Part shown: in pieces, positions 48,707 through 60,263 of the stretch | How the letters are laid out: the number at the start of each line of letters is the position of its first letter | Position numbering within the stretch: the stretch's first letter is position 1 | Assembly (NCBI RefSeq): GCF_964355755.1 | Contig: NC_092680.1 | Span: forward strand, 15,943,045 to 16,007,044 | Source: Antedon mediterranea | Taxonomy: Eukaryota > Animalia > Echinodermata | Direction of reading: 5' to 3' | DNA length: 64,000 nucleotides | Notes under the pieces: generated by a model | Database searches by the model: none | What the model was told of the DNA's origin: nothing | The model's input: the letters and a program-made list of their open reading frames with translations, nothing else | Translations under genes and position numbers: made by a program

Positions 48707-49779
48707 TTAACAGATGAAAGATGTTAATTGTATCAACCTTTACCAGTATTCAAAACACATTTACGTTATTTTGTGGACAAATAAAGATTATTAATGACAA
48801 TTATACTTGCTTATGAGTTGTCAATAAGTATGGCGAATATATACAGTTGCAATTAAATGAATGTACAAATCTGGTTAGTTACTGGTGGAACTAGTTATGC
48901 AGTTTGTCCAATAAATGTTTATTTAGTTCTGTAGCAAAAGTTGGACAATACTGTAGTATTTAAATGTTAACTATCTTTGAATTGATACATTATTACCACG
49001 TGATCAAGTCAAATTAATTTTAAAGTTTCGTTTATGCCCTCTAAAAAAGAAACATTTACTTTATTGTTGTTAATACAGTGCGTAGTAATCGAATTATTAC
49101 ATTGAAATAAGTACAAGTGGCAACAATGATAAAGTTATATAAATAATAAACTGTGGATATGGGTATTTATTCTTGAAGAGATGAACTTCCTAATTATAAT
49201 ATACCTATTTAGTTAGAAGACTTTCTAAAAATATCTTACATTGAAGCAAACTAATTGTTTTCTATCAGAAGTTGTCAATATTATGATTAAAAGTATCAAA
49301 TTCCGCAAGTTTTCTATAATTTAGAAATATTATTTAATAACATTTCATTTACGTATATCCCATGTTGTGTCAGTATTTAACTAAACGAAACAAAATTTGA
49401 ATAAACGAAATTAAACCTACCCAAATGACGTCACTACATAATGATTTAATTATATATATTTGCTAAATTCAATTAGTGAGGCATAATAGGGTACATTACT
49501 TCAAATTATGACGTGTTGTTTTTATCCTTTAACTAGGCTAACAGTATCAAAAGATAATGTTTCTCTTTCAAAAAAATTACTATATAGCGCTGGAAATGAA
49601 CAAATAATAAATAATGTAGTATGAATAGATGTCTTGAATTCGGATGAAAAAGTATTAAAAGCTGTTCAACTACCAACTTTAACTTAACTTTATAAAACAC
49701 ATAAACTTGATGCAAAACTAATAAGTTGAATAAATGATATACTTTGTTACAATGCATTATGATGTCCATTCATTTTCTT

Positions 49780-49983
49780 GGGCCTCTGTCTCTGTTTGGA
49801 ACAGTTTACTAATCTATATCCGTCAGGCAAGACCTTCAATTGCTTATTTCAAAGTTGACCTGAAAACAAACCTTTTTTTACTCTTCTTTTTGTCGTATTA
49901 TTTTTCCGCTTTTGTTTATTATGTTTAAGTGCATTGAGGCTTTGCATAATGCGCTATAAGTCACGTTTTATTATTATTATTAC
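49780..49983 (+). mobile_element. L2-type LINE 3' end remnant (similar tail at ~10540-10632)
   Basis: Encodes WNSL..FK..LKTNLF, then GCGCTATAA and (TTA)n. Confidence 0.6.
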
Positions 49984-52654
49984 GCACAAACAATATGCAG
50001 GTCTAAAATTGAGGAAAATTGTTAAGTGACCTTCTACGCTTACCTATTTCGATCAAAAGTAGCCTAGAGTACAGTAATTTATATCAATAGTTAATCAGAG
50101 TTGGTAAGATTAAACATAATGTGTTCTTATGTGTAGTTATTAGAAAAGAAAGTGACTTTACCTGATTTACGAATCTAGTTCTTCAATTTTTTTTTTGAAA
50201 AATCAGTTTCTTATCGTATGTGCATGTTCGGTACTTAGGCTTATCAGCGATTTACAGTAAGTTCATGACGTGACGGATGTTGAGAAAATATTATTTACAA
50301 ATTATGCATAATATATAACAACATATAATAAGATGTTTAGTAAGAACATGTGGATGTGAGTTACATGCTGTAATGATAAAAATAATGTTTCATGATGAGC
50401 CGAAGCCGAAGACATTTAGATTTTCGTTTGTATAATGGAATATAACGAACATTGTATAGAACATATCAAACCTGTTATTTGCTTTCATCCATCCGAAATG
50501 AAATACTACAACGTCCGTTCATAATATGTTGAACGCCAACGATAAGTTACTTAGTCTTTGCATATTCCTCGCATATTTTGAACTTTGACACAACGTTTAT
50601 AACAACTTACTACAAATCATAACTCAATCCCCATGAAGTTTATAATTGTGATAAGGAAACAGTAATTGTTAGCGTTTCCATTCCAATGTAGAACGCCAAG
50701 TATGATAGTCTGAAAAAAGTAAATAATCCGCCACATACAAAACCGTATTTATGCACAAGGACAACCTAAATTCAGAGAGTTATATCGGTTTTAATATGTC
50801 CCGTAGGTGCTGTGTCTTTTTTTACAATAAGGTTTATAATATTACGATTCATTTTAACATAGGCCTACTTACAGTATGTAAACAGAGCTGTGGTAGGCAT
50901 AAGCCAAGCAGAATTGCATCTGTTCATTAATAGAACAAATTAGAAACGTTCTCTGATATTAATAGTATGTTTAAATAATAATAATGATTAAGGTTGAAGT
51001 TTAATTATTAAAAGTGCTAAGTCATTTACGTATTTTATGTTTTAACGAATAAAACTAACAGGATTTATTTTATATTGTTTTACTTTCGTCTGATTCATCT
51101 CACTTCATCAATTGCTGAGAGGTAACTATTAAAATATGATAAAAAACATCTGTCTTTTGGGCAATTGTTGTTGAAATATCCCTGGAAATTACTGAACAGA
51201 AATGGGCATCACAAGTAACCACAATATCCGCTATGAGTTAACCTTAGGCCTAATCAGTATTTTTTTTAAACAAAATTTTAAAATATTACAACACGTAGGC
51301 CTATTATTGGTTTTGTATCATTTAAATCGTTCTTAAGCAACTGTGTGTAGAATCAACAGACACGGGTTGTCGTAAATATAAACGTTGAAGTCTAGAATGG
51401 AATTATAATCTACATAATTTCACAAAAATTGTTTTATCGGACTATTAAATTGTAAAGTAGGCTACAATAACTGTTATTTAGTTTTTTTGTTATATATTAT
51501 AAAAGTTTACCTATAATATTGTGAGCTTGTAAAATAAATACATTTTGTACAAAATACGACTAAACTTGAGGATGACGCCAAGAGTAACAGGTGAACAGAT
51601 TTTATTGGGTCAACATGTTACTAATCTAATACAAAACATCAGATTCTTAGTAGCAAATTAACATTGTCTAGACTTATACACATGTGAAAATGTATATTAT
51701 GTTTTATTAAGAAGAATGCATTGTAATGTATTTAAAGACGGTAATATAACATTTAAATGTATCCTTGTTATCTCATTGTTCATTTCCTATTATCAGTATT
51801 TTCTCCCATTTCCAACCACGTCACATCAAACAGGACGGTAGTAATTGATCATAGATTGTACAGTAAAACACGCGATTATAACTGTCTTAACTAGTTACAT
51901 TATAATTAATTTAACCTATTTGAAATTATGTACAAATATTTTTTTACATTTCTTTCTAAACTGAAATGAAAAAGATCGTAATTAAAATATCGTATTTGAC
52001 GTTTTATTTTAGTTTACCTCTTAAACGAAGCCATAAATCTACATAAATATCAGATTTGTTTTTATCGCATATGTTACATTGACACAAAATATATACAAAT
52101 GAAACTCTTGTAATCTAGTTTTGCTTTTAAGTATAATCCAACTTTAAACCCTCACCTCCAAAAACCCACCTTCCAAAAAAATATCTATCTACGATCTAAA
52201 TGGTCATGGACGAATTGATCAATAAAGAAGCTTGACGTCAATGGAAGTTGATGGACTTTAAGAGATGGATTTATCAGACGTACAGGCGTCTCTCGCACAA
52301 TATTATGTAAAGCAGAACAAAGTAATAGAAGTGAAAGACATAAGTCACATCCATATAAGAATGTATATCAATATCTCTTAAACTGATTGTACAGTGTAAA
52401 GGTCAATTACATAGACGAGGAGTAACGGCAAGAGTAAAACAAACGGTAAGCGGTAGCGGACCACACACGACGCGGAGCCGCTCTGAGCGATACAACGCTC
52501 AGAGTAGATACATTTTGCTACGTAGGAAAAGCTACGCGCTTTTCCGCTTACCGTAGTGTATATTGACCTATGCATATCTTAGCTTGTTTGTTTACAACTG
52601 AGAGCTTGACGTAAACTTAAAATAGCTTTACAGGAAATTAATATAATGATATTG

Positions 52655-55009
52655 TCAGATATAATCGCTGATATCGCTACACTCCATGTTCATATAATCG
52701 CTGGAATCCACACAACTGATATCCGATGACCCTTTACTGAGTATATCATCAGATTTAGCTTTGTATGAATTATCCAACGCTTTATCTGGAACTGTTTCGT
52801 AAACATGGTGGCCTTTTTCACAACATGCTTGTGCTTCTAGGCCAACAATATCTGGCGCGCTTTCAGCTACACGTAAATTTGAAATAAAAGAGCCTGGGTA
52901 TACAATGTTATTTGTATATTCCTCGTATGGATTATTCTTAGGGCAACTTTTAGTACGTCTTAGCCGCGACCAACACGTAACAGATGCCCTTCGTGGTAGC
53001 ATGGTATGATTGCTATTTTGAACATTGTCTTCAGGTATTGAACCGAAGAATTGGCCTGGATATGGCTCGTTTAGAGATAGTTCAGTTTCGAAGTCAACAT
53101 CATAAAGCTCAGCCGACGTTAGGTCATCACACTTTACCGGTATCAGGAGGCGTCTTTCAAGATTTCCCAATCCACCAGATCGATAGTTTTTATTGTTCTT
53201 TTTTACTCGAGCATATGAAGGGCATGTGCTTCTTGAATGCTCATCACAACCACACGGAGAAGGATTACGAGACCATTTCTGTGGTTTCTTTGAGCAACAA
53301 TTGTCTGATACCTCTGGAGTTATGACGAATGATGTTCTGTCGGGTATTTGGTAATATATCTCATCTGGTTCGGGTAGTAGGTTGTCAGTCGCTTCACTAC
53401 TAGAACGAACAGATAACTCAGTACCACAGTACAACATATCATCATCACATGGTGGTGGACTAGATTGTGTCTGGTAAATTCCATCAGGAATCTCTGAGTA
53501 CAGATCCGGCGCTATTAACCGCGTTGGTTTAGGAGGCAAAGGAGGTGCAACTAAGCCTGACGCCTCGTGATGATGAGATTCAAACATAAACGAATTGTCA
53601 TTCCCATCGATAAGCGGATCAAGTATGTCATCCTCGTTTAAAGACGGATTACATTCGTTGGTCGTCAACAAACTTTTAAAATCAATATCGTTGAATAGCT
53701 CGGCATATACAACATTGCAGTGTGATATTCCTCCACTTACAGATGGAATCAATCTTCCAGAGCTACGACCTCTTCGAGTTGTTATATCAGGTAGGTCAAG
53801 AGATGCAGGTTTCTGATTACATGCAAACATTAACAACGTACCAGCTATAAGTATCAAAATACAGATTGTAATAACGGACGCAATGACCGCGAGTAAACTA
53901 AATCCAAACGCCTTAATTGGTTTATAGCCATCCTCTTCTATAATTATCTTATCTGTTGCTGATGATGATGCTGTAATTGTTGTCCTCGTTAGTTGTGTTT
54001 TTGAGGGGGCATTAGTATGACGGTGTATATTCGTATATTGATCACTTACTGTCATTGTTGTACTGGCAACTGCATACAGACCAGAACTAATGTAAGCCTG
54101 GCATACAATAGTCGATTGATTATCAGCAATATCAACACCACGAACCTTTAAAGTTCGCCCATCCCCAATCAAATCATATTTCATAGGATAGAAGATTTCC
54201 TGATTTATAACGTATCCATCGTGTATCCAATTATACTTTACAATAGTTGGCAAACCTGATGCATTACAGACAAACGTAATGTCATTGTTCACCGTTATTT
54301 CTGGTAGCCTGGGTGATATTTCAGCAGTAGGATAAATATTCATTGGTTTTATAGAGCAATTATGCACATCTAGCGTCACCGGATTAATCTCAGTACAGGT
54401 AAAAATACGCCCGTTATCAAAAGGTGTTAACATGATCTCCGTTACGTGCCAACCATACTGAAATCCGGTTAAGTCTTTTGTTCCATTTTGCCATTTTACT
54501 ACCAAATTTTTACTGGCACTTGAACAGTTAAATAATACTCTCTGGTACGGATTTAATGGTGGGTCTAAGTTGTGTGAACTACATATTGGAGTCTTCGTTC
54601 CAACCTCTAAAACTGTAAGTTTGGCTCTACCCGATTTTCCAAAATTTCCTGCCGCAGTCGACATTTCTCTTGAAAAATAACATTCAAAAAATCCTTCATC
54701 AGATTTAGAAACATTTTTTATTTGTAGTTTATACTGACCTGCAACATCACTAATAATATTACATCTTTTATCAAATCCTGTTTTGTAGCTAAATACCTTG
54801 ATGTCAACACTTATAAAACGCGTTCCATTGAAAACCCATAGTATTTGACTAGCCCCCTTCGAAGCAACAATACATTCGAAAGTTACCGTATCACCTTCAT
54901 ACACAGTTTTATCGTCAGGACCTTTCCGTAGTACAATCGCGTCTAGAGACAGTACTTTTAAAAGAATACAGATAAGTATAATCCGTACAAAACGTATATC
55001 CGACTCCAT
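52655..55009 (-). CDS. Intronless IgSF receptor G (V-C2-Ig-TM, ~390-aa multi-Tyr tail)
   Basis: First ATG at 55009 (MESDI). V domain FEC..ILW..YKLQI..DEGFFEC; D3 CNASGLP..YNW..IVC. TM FSLLAVIASVITICILILIAGTLLMFA. Tail has VVYAEL, PPLPPKP, YQIP, YETV, YMNM. Confidence 0.92.
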   Translation of the reverse strand: MESDIRFVRIILICILLKVLSLDAIVLRKGPDDKTVYEGDTVTFECIVASKGASQILWVFNGTRFISVDIKVFSYKTGFDKRCNIISDVAGQYKLQIKNVSKSDEGFFECYFSREMSTAAGNFGKSGRAKLTVLEVGTKTPICSSHNLDPPLNPYQRVLFNCSSASKNLVVKWQNGTKDLTGFQYGWHVTEIMLTPFDNGRIFTCTEINPVTLDVHNCSIKPMNIYPTAEISPRLPEITVNNDITFVCNASGLPTIVKYNWIHDGYVINQEIFYPMKYDLIGDGRTLKVRGVDIADNQSTIVCQAYISSGLYAVASTTMTVSDQYTNIHRHTNAPSKTQLTRTTITASSSATDKIIIEEDGYKPIKAFGFSLLAVIASVITICILILIAGTLLMFACNQKPASLDLPDITTRRGRSSGRLIPSVSGGISHCNVVYAELFNDIDFKSLLTTNECNPSLNEDDILDPLIDGNDNSFMFESHHHEASGLVAPPLPPKPTRLIAPDLYSEIPDGIYQTQSSPPPCDDDMLYCGTELSVRSSSEATDNLLPEPDEIYYQIPDRTSFVITPEVSDNCCSKKPQKWSRNPSPCGCDEHSRSTCPSYARVKKNNKNYRSGGLGNLERRLLIPVKCDDLTSAELYDVDFETELSLNEPYPGQFFGSIPEDNVQNSNHTMLPRRASVTCWSRLRRTKSCPKNNPYEEYTNNIVYPGSFISNLRVAESAPDIVGLEAQACCEKGHHVYETVPDKALDNSYKAKSDDILSKGSSDISCVDSSDYMNMECSDISDYI

Positions 55010-56559
55010 CAGTTTCAGCGACTGCTCCGTGCGTAGACGCGTGTGGCGACTGTTCAAGCCAAAACAGTACTAATTGGAAGGGTCATGAGTCAACCCCTGA
55101 TTTCAATATATTTAGCTTACGACGTCACGCATTTTGCGATCTTAACTTGTGTAGTGCTGATAGCAAAACGCATTTCTTCCTTAAAGTGCACACAAAGTAT
55201 AGATAAGTAACGTTTAAATCAGACAGAGGAAACAGAATGTCATAGTCACGTTTTCAGAAATATGAAATAATACCTAACAGATAATGAGGCAAAATGTAAG
55301 TTAATGTTGGCATGACGGGTGGCTTACGAAGTCTATAAAAAAGTTTGAAAGTAACTTATCTTATTTCTTTACACGTTGAAACATGTGCAAATAACTGCGA
55401 GGTACGTCGATATCAGGGACGCAATGAGTTCCTATACATACCGCGGGGACAAGCGGCAACATATTATAAGCTAAGTTTTATTTCCATCCGGAAATCAGAA
55501 ATTTATTCTGCATTTTCCACCAAGTTTACGACTTAATTTTCAGGGTATCATTACACCATTCAAGTATATTATAAATGTATTGAACTGAATTTCTAAATAG
55601 TATTTCTGATAAAATAGTTCTATAAATAACGAACTTGTTTTTGCAAAACAGTAATATTAGGGGAAGTGTTAACAATTAGGATTGGCAATATGCCACTGTA
55701 CATCGCCAAAAAATTCGTTAAGGTTAAGGATTTCTAGGATCTGGTAAAGCAAAGCCGCATTTGCCTTCCTATGCATAATTATATTTAATATATTGAAACT
55801 AGTTTATTGTTAAAACAAGTAATAAATACAGACTAAGCGCCGTCTGTATGTTGGCTTAGTATGTTAAGTGAGGACGTCCAGGAAATTATTTTTTGTTTCC
55901 ATGTATTTATTTGACAGCAATACCGGGTCAGTAAAATATTAATCGCTCTAGCATCAATGTTGTAATAAAACAATTACGATAAAAGAAAATGTTGTAATGC
56001 TCCTCGTCTGATATTAATTTCTTTAATTTATAACAACCTCAACCTGAATTAGAAAAGAGGAAAATTTAGTTTATAAGGTTGCTTGTTCGTAAATGTAAAA
56101 TAACTAAAGATTAAATTATCAATCCAGTTTCCCCCAAGGGACAATTTTTTGCATTTTTTTACACAATTCCATTAAAAAAATAATAACAAAAGCACAGAGA
56201 ACACCTTGTTAGCAGAAGCAGAAGAGAAGCATTAATCTACACTTAAAGCATTAAAGAGAAATATTTAAAACAATATCTTAGACAATAAATACAGTTTCCC
56301 TTAGAACTTGGTTGTGGTTAAATTATGTAAAGATACTTGTAAAGAATAAACCCTTGCAACTTGTGAAGAAAGTTATTACTGTATTGTATAGCAATAATTT
56401 TTAATTATTTTTAATTAACGTAACAGTTGATTATGTAGCTTGTCCATTAGGTCTATAAATACCGTGGCTTTATAGTATCTAAAGGGTAGTAACAACGTAT
56501 TAGTATTCCGAAAAATGTAAAATAATTGAAATCGATCTTAACAAGTTGATTGAAGTATA

Positions 56560-56755
56560 TATTTATACTGCGTAACCTCTTCAGTCGAAGACTGGTCTCC
56601 CAGAGGGCCCAGCTGGTGATCAGTGGCTGTGACGTACTAATACACCGGGGTAACCAACTCCCTACTCGTCTCGAAAGATGTACTAGGTTCTTTAAAGTGC
56701 ACACGAGCTAGATGTGTACACTGGACCTACGGTTTATAGTCCTTATCCGAGAGGT
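56560..56755 (-). mobile_element. SINE fragment, Nin-domain-like; related remnant on + strand at ~39673-39920
   Basis: Minus strand GTGTGCACTTTAAAGAACC..GACGAGTAGGG; the 39.7-kb copy has an A-box-like start plus TGTGCACTTTAAA and GACGAGTAGGG. Confidence 0.55.
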
Positions 56756-57234
56756 TACTCTCAAACTAATACAAAATGGACTTATTGTTATGTGTATAAA
56801 GTCTAGAAGTTGCCAATGTTTACAATTTAACAATATGTATACAATTTACGTACATGTGTTGCAAACATTAACATGTATAAACAGCTTGCATGGTTATTAA
56901 TATAAACAATCTGTAAAGTTTAAATTTAAATTATCGACTGTTTATAAACATTATTCTCCAAAGTTTCTAAAATGAACATGACTGATACTAATGTATTTTA
57001 CAGGTATCTGGATATAGAATGTTTTTCACAAATGATATGTAACGTTGCACCAACAACAATAACTCGATACTGTACAATGTTACACTAATTGGCCGACAAC
57101 ACAGTTTGTTCAGTGATATGTTATAGTTCAACAACAATGTATATTCAACAGAGGTTGTATACGGTAGTCAAAGATGAAGAATAAGTTTCACTATAATACC
57201 AAAGATAAAGCATGAGATGAATCATGATACGAAA

Positions 57235-57873
57235 TTAAGTGTCACGGCGAAGCATTGCCCGACAATCCCATGTATCTCCAAACTCTTCAGTATCATCTAC
57301 AATTAAGCTTGAAACTATTTGTCCTGTAGTAATATCAATCACAGATTTTCTGTAAAGTCGAGGAACAGCATAGATATTCGAATCCCTGTTACTACCACTT
57401 GCCTCCAGTTCATCGGTATTATTTTCCATGATTCCGCTGTTATTTTTAATATCAATTTCACTGTAATCAATACTACGACTCTGCCAATATATCGCAATCA
57501 CGATACCAACTAAAAGTAAAATTCCACTCAAAAGTCCAATAATAGAAAACGTATCGAAAAAGTGTTTAGACGATTTACCAGATTCTTCTGTAGGTTCAGC
57601 TGAAAGTTTTGATATAATGTTCTTCTCTGTTGATCCTTGCAAATCAGGGTCCAGGCTGCTTGTATCTGAAATCGTTGCCATTACTTCAGTCCCAGTTTGA
57701 CTAGTATAAGTTTGAGGAATAGTCTGCAACAATTGCTTCAATTGTGATCTGTCATGCAAATCAATAAATACATTGCGTTCCTCAATATGTTTCTCACCGT
57801 ATGTTGTAGCAACAAACACAGTAATATGTATAAAACATAAATACATACACACATGCAAACGAGAAGCATTCAT
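57235..57873 (-). CDS. Ig-less type-I membrane protein H1 (adaptor-like)
   Basis: ATG at 57873 (MNASRL). Signal peptide; ~80-aa Cys-free ectodomain; TM FSIIGLLSGILLLVGIVIAIYW; tail has NIYAVPR. The frame is conserved with paralogue H2 despite indels. Confidence 0.85.
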   Translation of the reverse strand: MNASRLHVCMYLCFIHITVFVATTYGEKHIEERNVFIDLHDRSQLKQLLQTIPQTYTSQTGTEVMATISDTSSLDPDLQGSTEKNIISKLSAEPTEESGKSSKHFFDTFSIIGLLSGILLLVGIVIAIYWQSRSIDYSEIDIKNNSGIMENNTDELEASGSNRDSNIYAVPRLYRKSVIDITTGQIVSSLIVDDTEEFGDTWDCRAMLRRDT

Positions 57874-57959
57874 GTTGAACAAAAGTCCTACTGAAAAGTC
57901 ACAAGAGTATAAAACTCAGGTAAGTTAGATTTCAAAATGACCCAAGTAAAAAGTAACAA

Positions 57960-58187
57960 TGTCTTTTATAATAATTTTAAAAATAAAAATAGATCAAGCA
58001 AACATTCAAAGTTATTAAAATTATGAATTCTTTCCTATATTAATTGTGAAGGCCAAATGGGATGTACAATATTAATTGTGAAGGCCAAAATTGGATGTAC
58101 AATTGTGAAGGCCAATTTCTATTGCAGCTGAACAATACACATCTCAATTGGTATCTATTCTATCCCAAGGTCTCGTTGCTTACGTCA
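57960..58187 (-). promoter_or_regulatory. Putative H1 proximal promoter, conserved with H2 (60355-60568)
   Basis: TATAAAAGAC ~90-100 bp upstream of both ATGs and ATGACGTAAGCAAC (CRE/ATF-like) ~300 bp upstream are retained in both duplicates. Confidence 0.55.
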
Positions 58188-59582
58188 TAGTAAGACAGGT
58201 AGATATACCCTTGTTATAACAATTTGTTTTAATTCCATTCAAACCTCCTAACTTCACATGCTCCATTTATAAAGTGGAAAATCATTACTTTTTTGTTGAA
58301 CCCAACAAAAAAAAATTAAGGCCAAATTGTATAAATACCTTAGTGACGTTTCGTTGACAAACTGTGTGCTTTATTTTTTTGGGTTAAAAAAAAAGTAATA
58401 ATTTTCTACTTTATTATATCCGGAACCAGATGAATTTATTTAATTGCTCTATTTATACTTTCTTTCATTCTCCGCCTTATACTATTAAGAGATGTTGATT
58501 ACGTGGACTATTATTTTTAACATATTTATATTATTTATTTGGAAGGGTTGTACATAAATATATGCAAAATACTTTAAAGACGCAGGTTGTTGATGCACCA
58601 TCGCCGTCATTGGTAAAATATAATTATACCAACGTTGTAGTATAAAACAATAGTCTAACGTACACAGTATGTTTAAACTACTAACTTGTAGCAATGCTTT
58701 ATTACAAAATATTACAATCAAAATATTTAATATTTAGTAAAGATTATTCTTACATTAATGGTAATTATGCAATGTAATGTATACGTGTATTTACATCTAA
58801 TAGGTGGCGGTGGTGGATGTAATATTTAGAATAGAAAACTAATTACTCTAATCATTAATTTCTATAATTGTATTTAGATTATGCTGAAAGCAATTACAAT
58901 TCTAAACATTTTTTTCTTATTTATTTTTTTGCAATGTGATTTTTGTTAACCAGTACTGTAGGTATCTCTTAATTAAACGAATCGTTTTTATTTTATATTA
59001 TTATCTTACGCTAGATTTTTAATAAAACAATACATTATTTATATAATAGTATTAAGTATGTCTGCCATAACTTGAAACGGTTCGTATGTCCAAATATTAT
59101 AAAAACATCTCCCAGTTAACTATAACTACTAATTATGCTACGTAATAAAGACTTTCAGTATTTTTGGTATACATTTAAAAAAAAAGAATTTCAATATATT
59201 TGGTAAAAAAGAATGTGGCGGTATAGGCAGTGTATTTCATAATTATATTCTAGAAGTAGCTAAGCATATACCCATCATTGTTTTTTTTTTATAAACGGCT
59301 AAATGTTTTATTATCAGCTGCATGTATTTAACTACAGATACAAAATACAAGAACTCGGTGTGGAGGGTGGTTGGACAAAAAAAATCAACTACATGGCCAA
59401 CGACGGCCATCAAGCAAAACCCTGCCGGCCCGGAGAGGCACCACTGGACGATATTGTTTATGTCTGTGCACCGTATCATGATGAGTATCTATACATTGTA
59501 TCTCATCTCTTACGTCCCTGAGATTAACTAGAGACAAAATCGGTAATACTATTAGGCCTAAATACTACATTTACCAATCACA

Positions 59583-60263
59583 TTAGTAATAAGTATCCTG
59601 ATGCAGCATTGAATGACGTTTCCATGTAGGCATAACATAACCAAAATCTTCAGAATCATCAACTATCAAGCTTGATACAATTGTTCCTGTCTTAACATCA
59701 ATCACAGATTTCCGGTAAACTCGAGGAATAGCATATATATTCGAAGTCCGATTACTACCACTTGTTGTCTCCAGTTCATCGGGATCATCTTCCATGATGA
59801 CGCTGCCGTGTTCGTCGTCACTTGTGACGCTGCCTTGTTCAACGTCACGTGTGTCACTTAGATCAATATCAATATCATTACGATTCTGCCAATATATCGC
59901 AATCACGATACCCACTAAAAGTAAAATTCCACTCAAAAGTCCAACAATAGAAAACGCATCGAAAAGGTGCTTTGATGATGAGATGAATTCTGTTGGTTCA
60001 GCAGCATTAAGTGGATACATCGTGTTTCGACGTCGTCTCAAAAGAGAATCCTGGTTATATGTGTCTGGAACCGTTGCCATTACTTCAGGTTGACTAGTTG
60101 TAGTTAGAGAAACTGCTTGTAAATTGTGTTTCAATTGTGATCTTTGTGTATCGATGTATACATTGCCTTCCTCAATATGTTCATCACCGTGTATGTGAGC
60201 AGCAAATACAATAACTTGTATAAAACATAAATACATACACACACTTAAACGAGAAGCATTCAT
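59583..60263 (-). CDS. Ig-less type-I membrane protein H2, tandem paralogue of H1
   Basis: ATG at 60263. Near-identical signal peptide and TM to H1; RRRR in the ectodomain; tail NIYAIPRVYRKSVID..TG.IVSSLIVDD. Confidence 0.85.
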   Translation of the reverse strand: MNASRLSVCMYLCFIQVIVFAAHIHGDEHIEEGNVYIDTQRSQLKHNLQAVSLTTTSQPEVMATVPDTYNQDSLLRRRRNTMYPLNAAEPTEFISSSKHLFDAFSIVGLLSGILLLVGIVIAIYWQNRNDIDIDLSDTRDVEQGSVTSDDEHGSVIMEDDPDELETTSGSNRTSNIYAIPRVYRKSVIDVKTGTIVSSLIVDDSEDFGYVMPTWKRHSMLHQDTYY

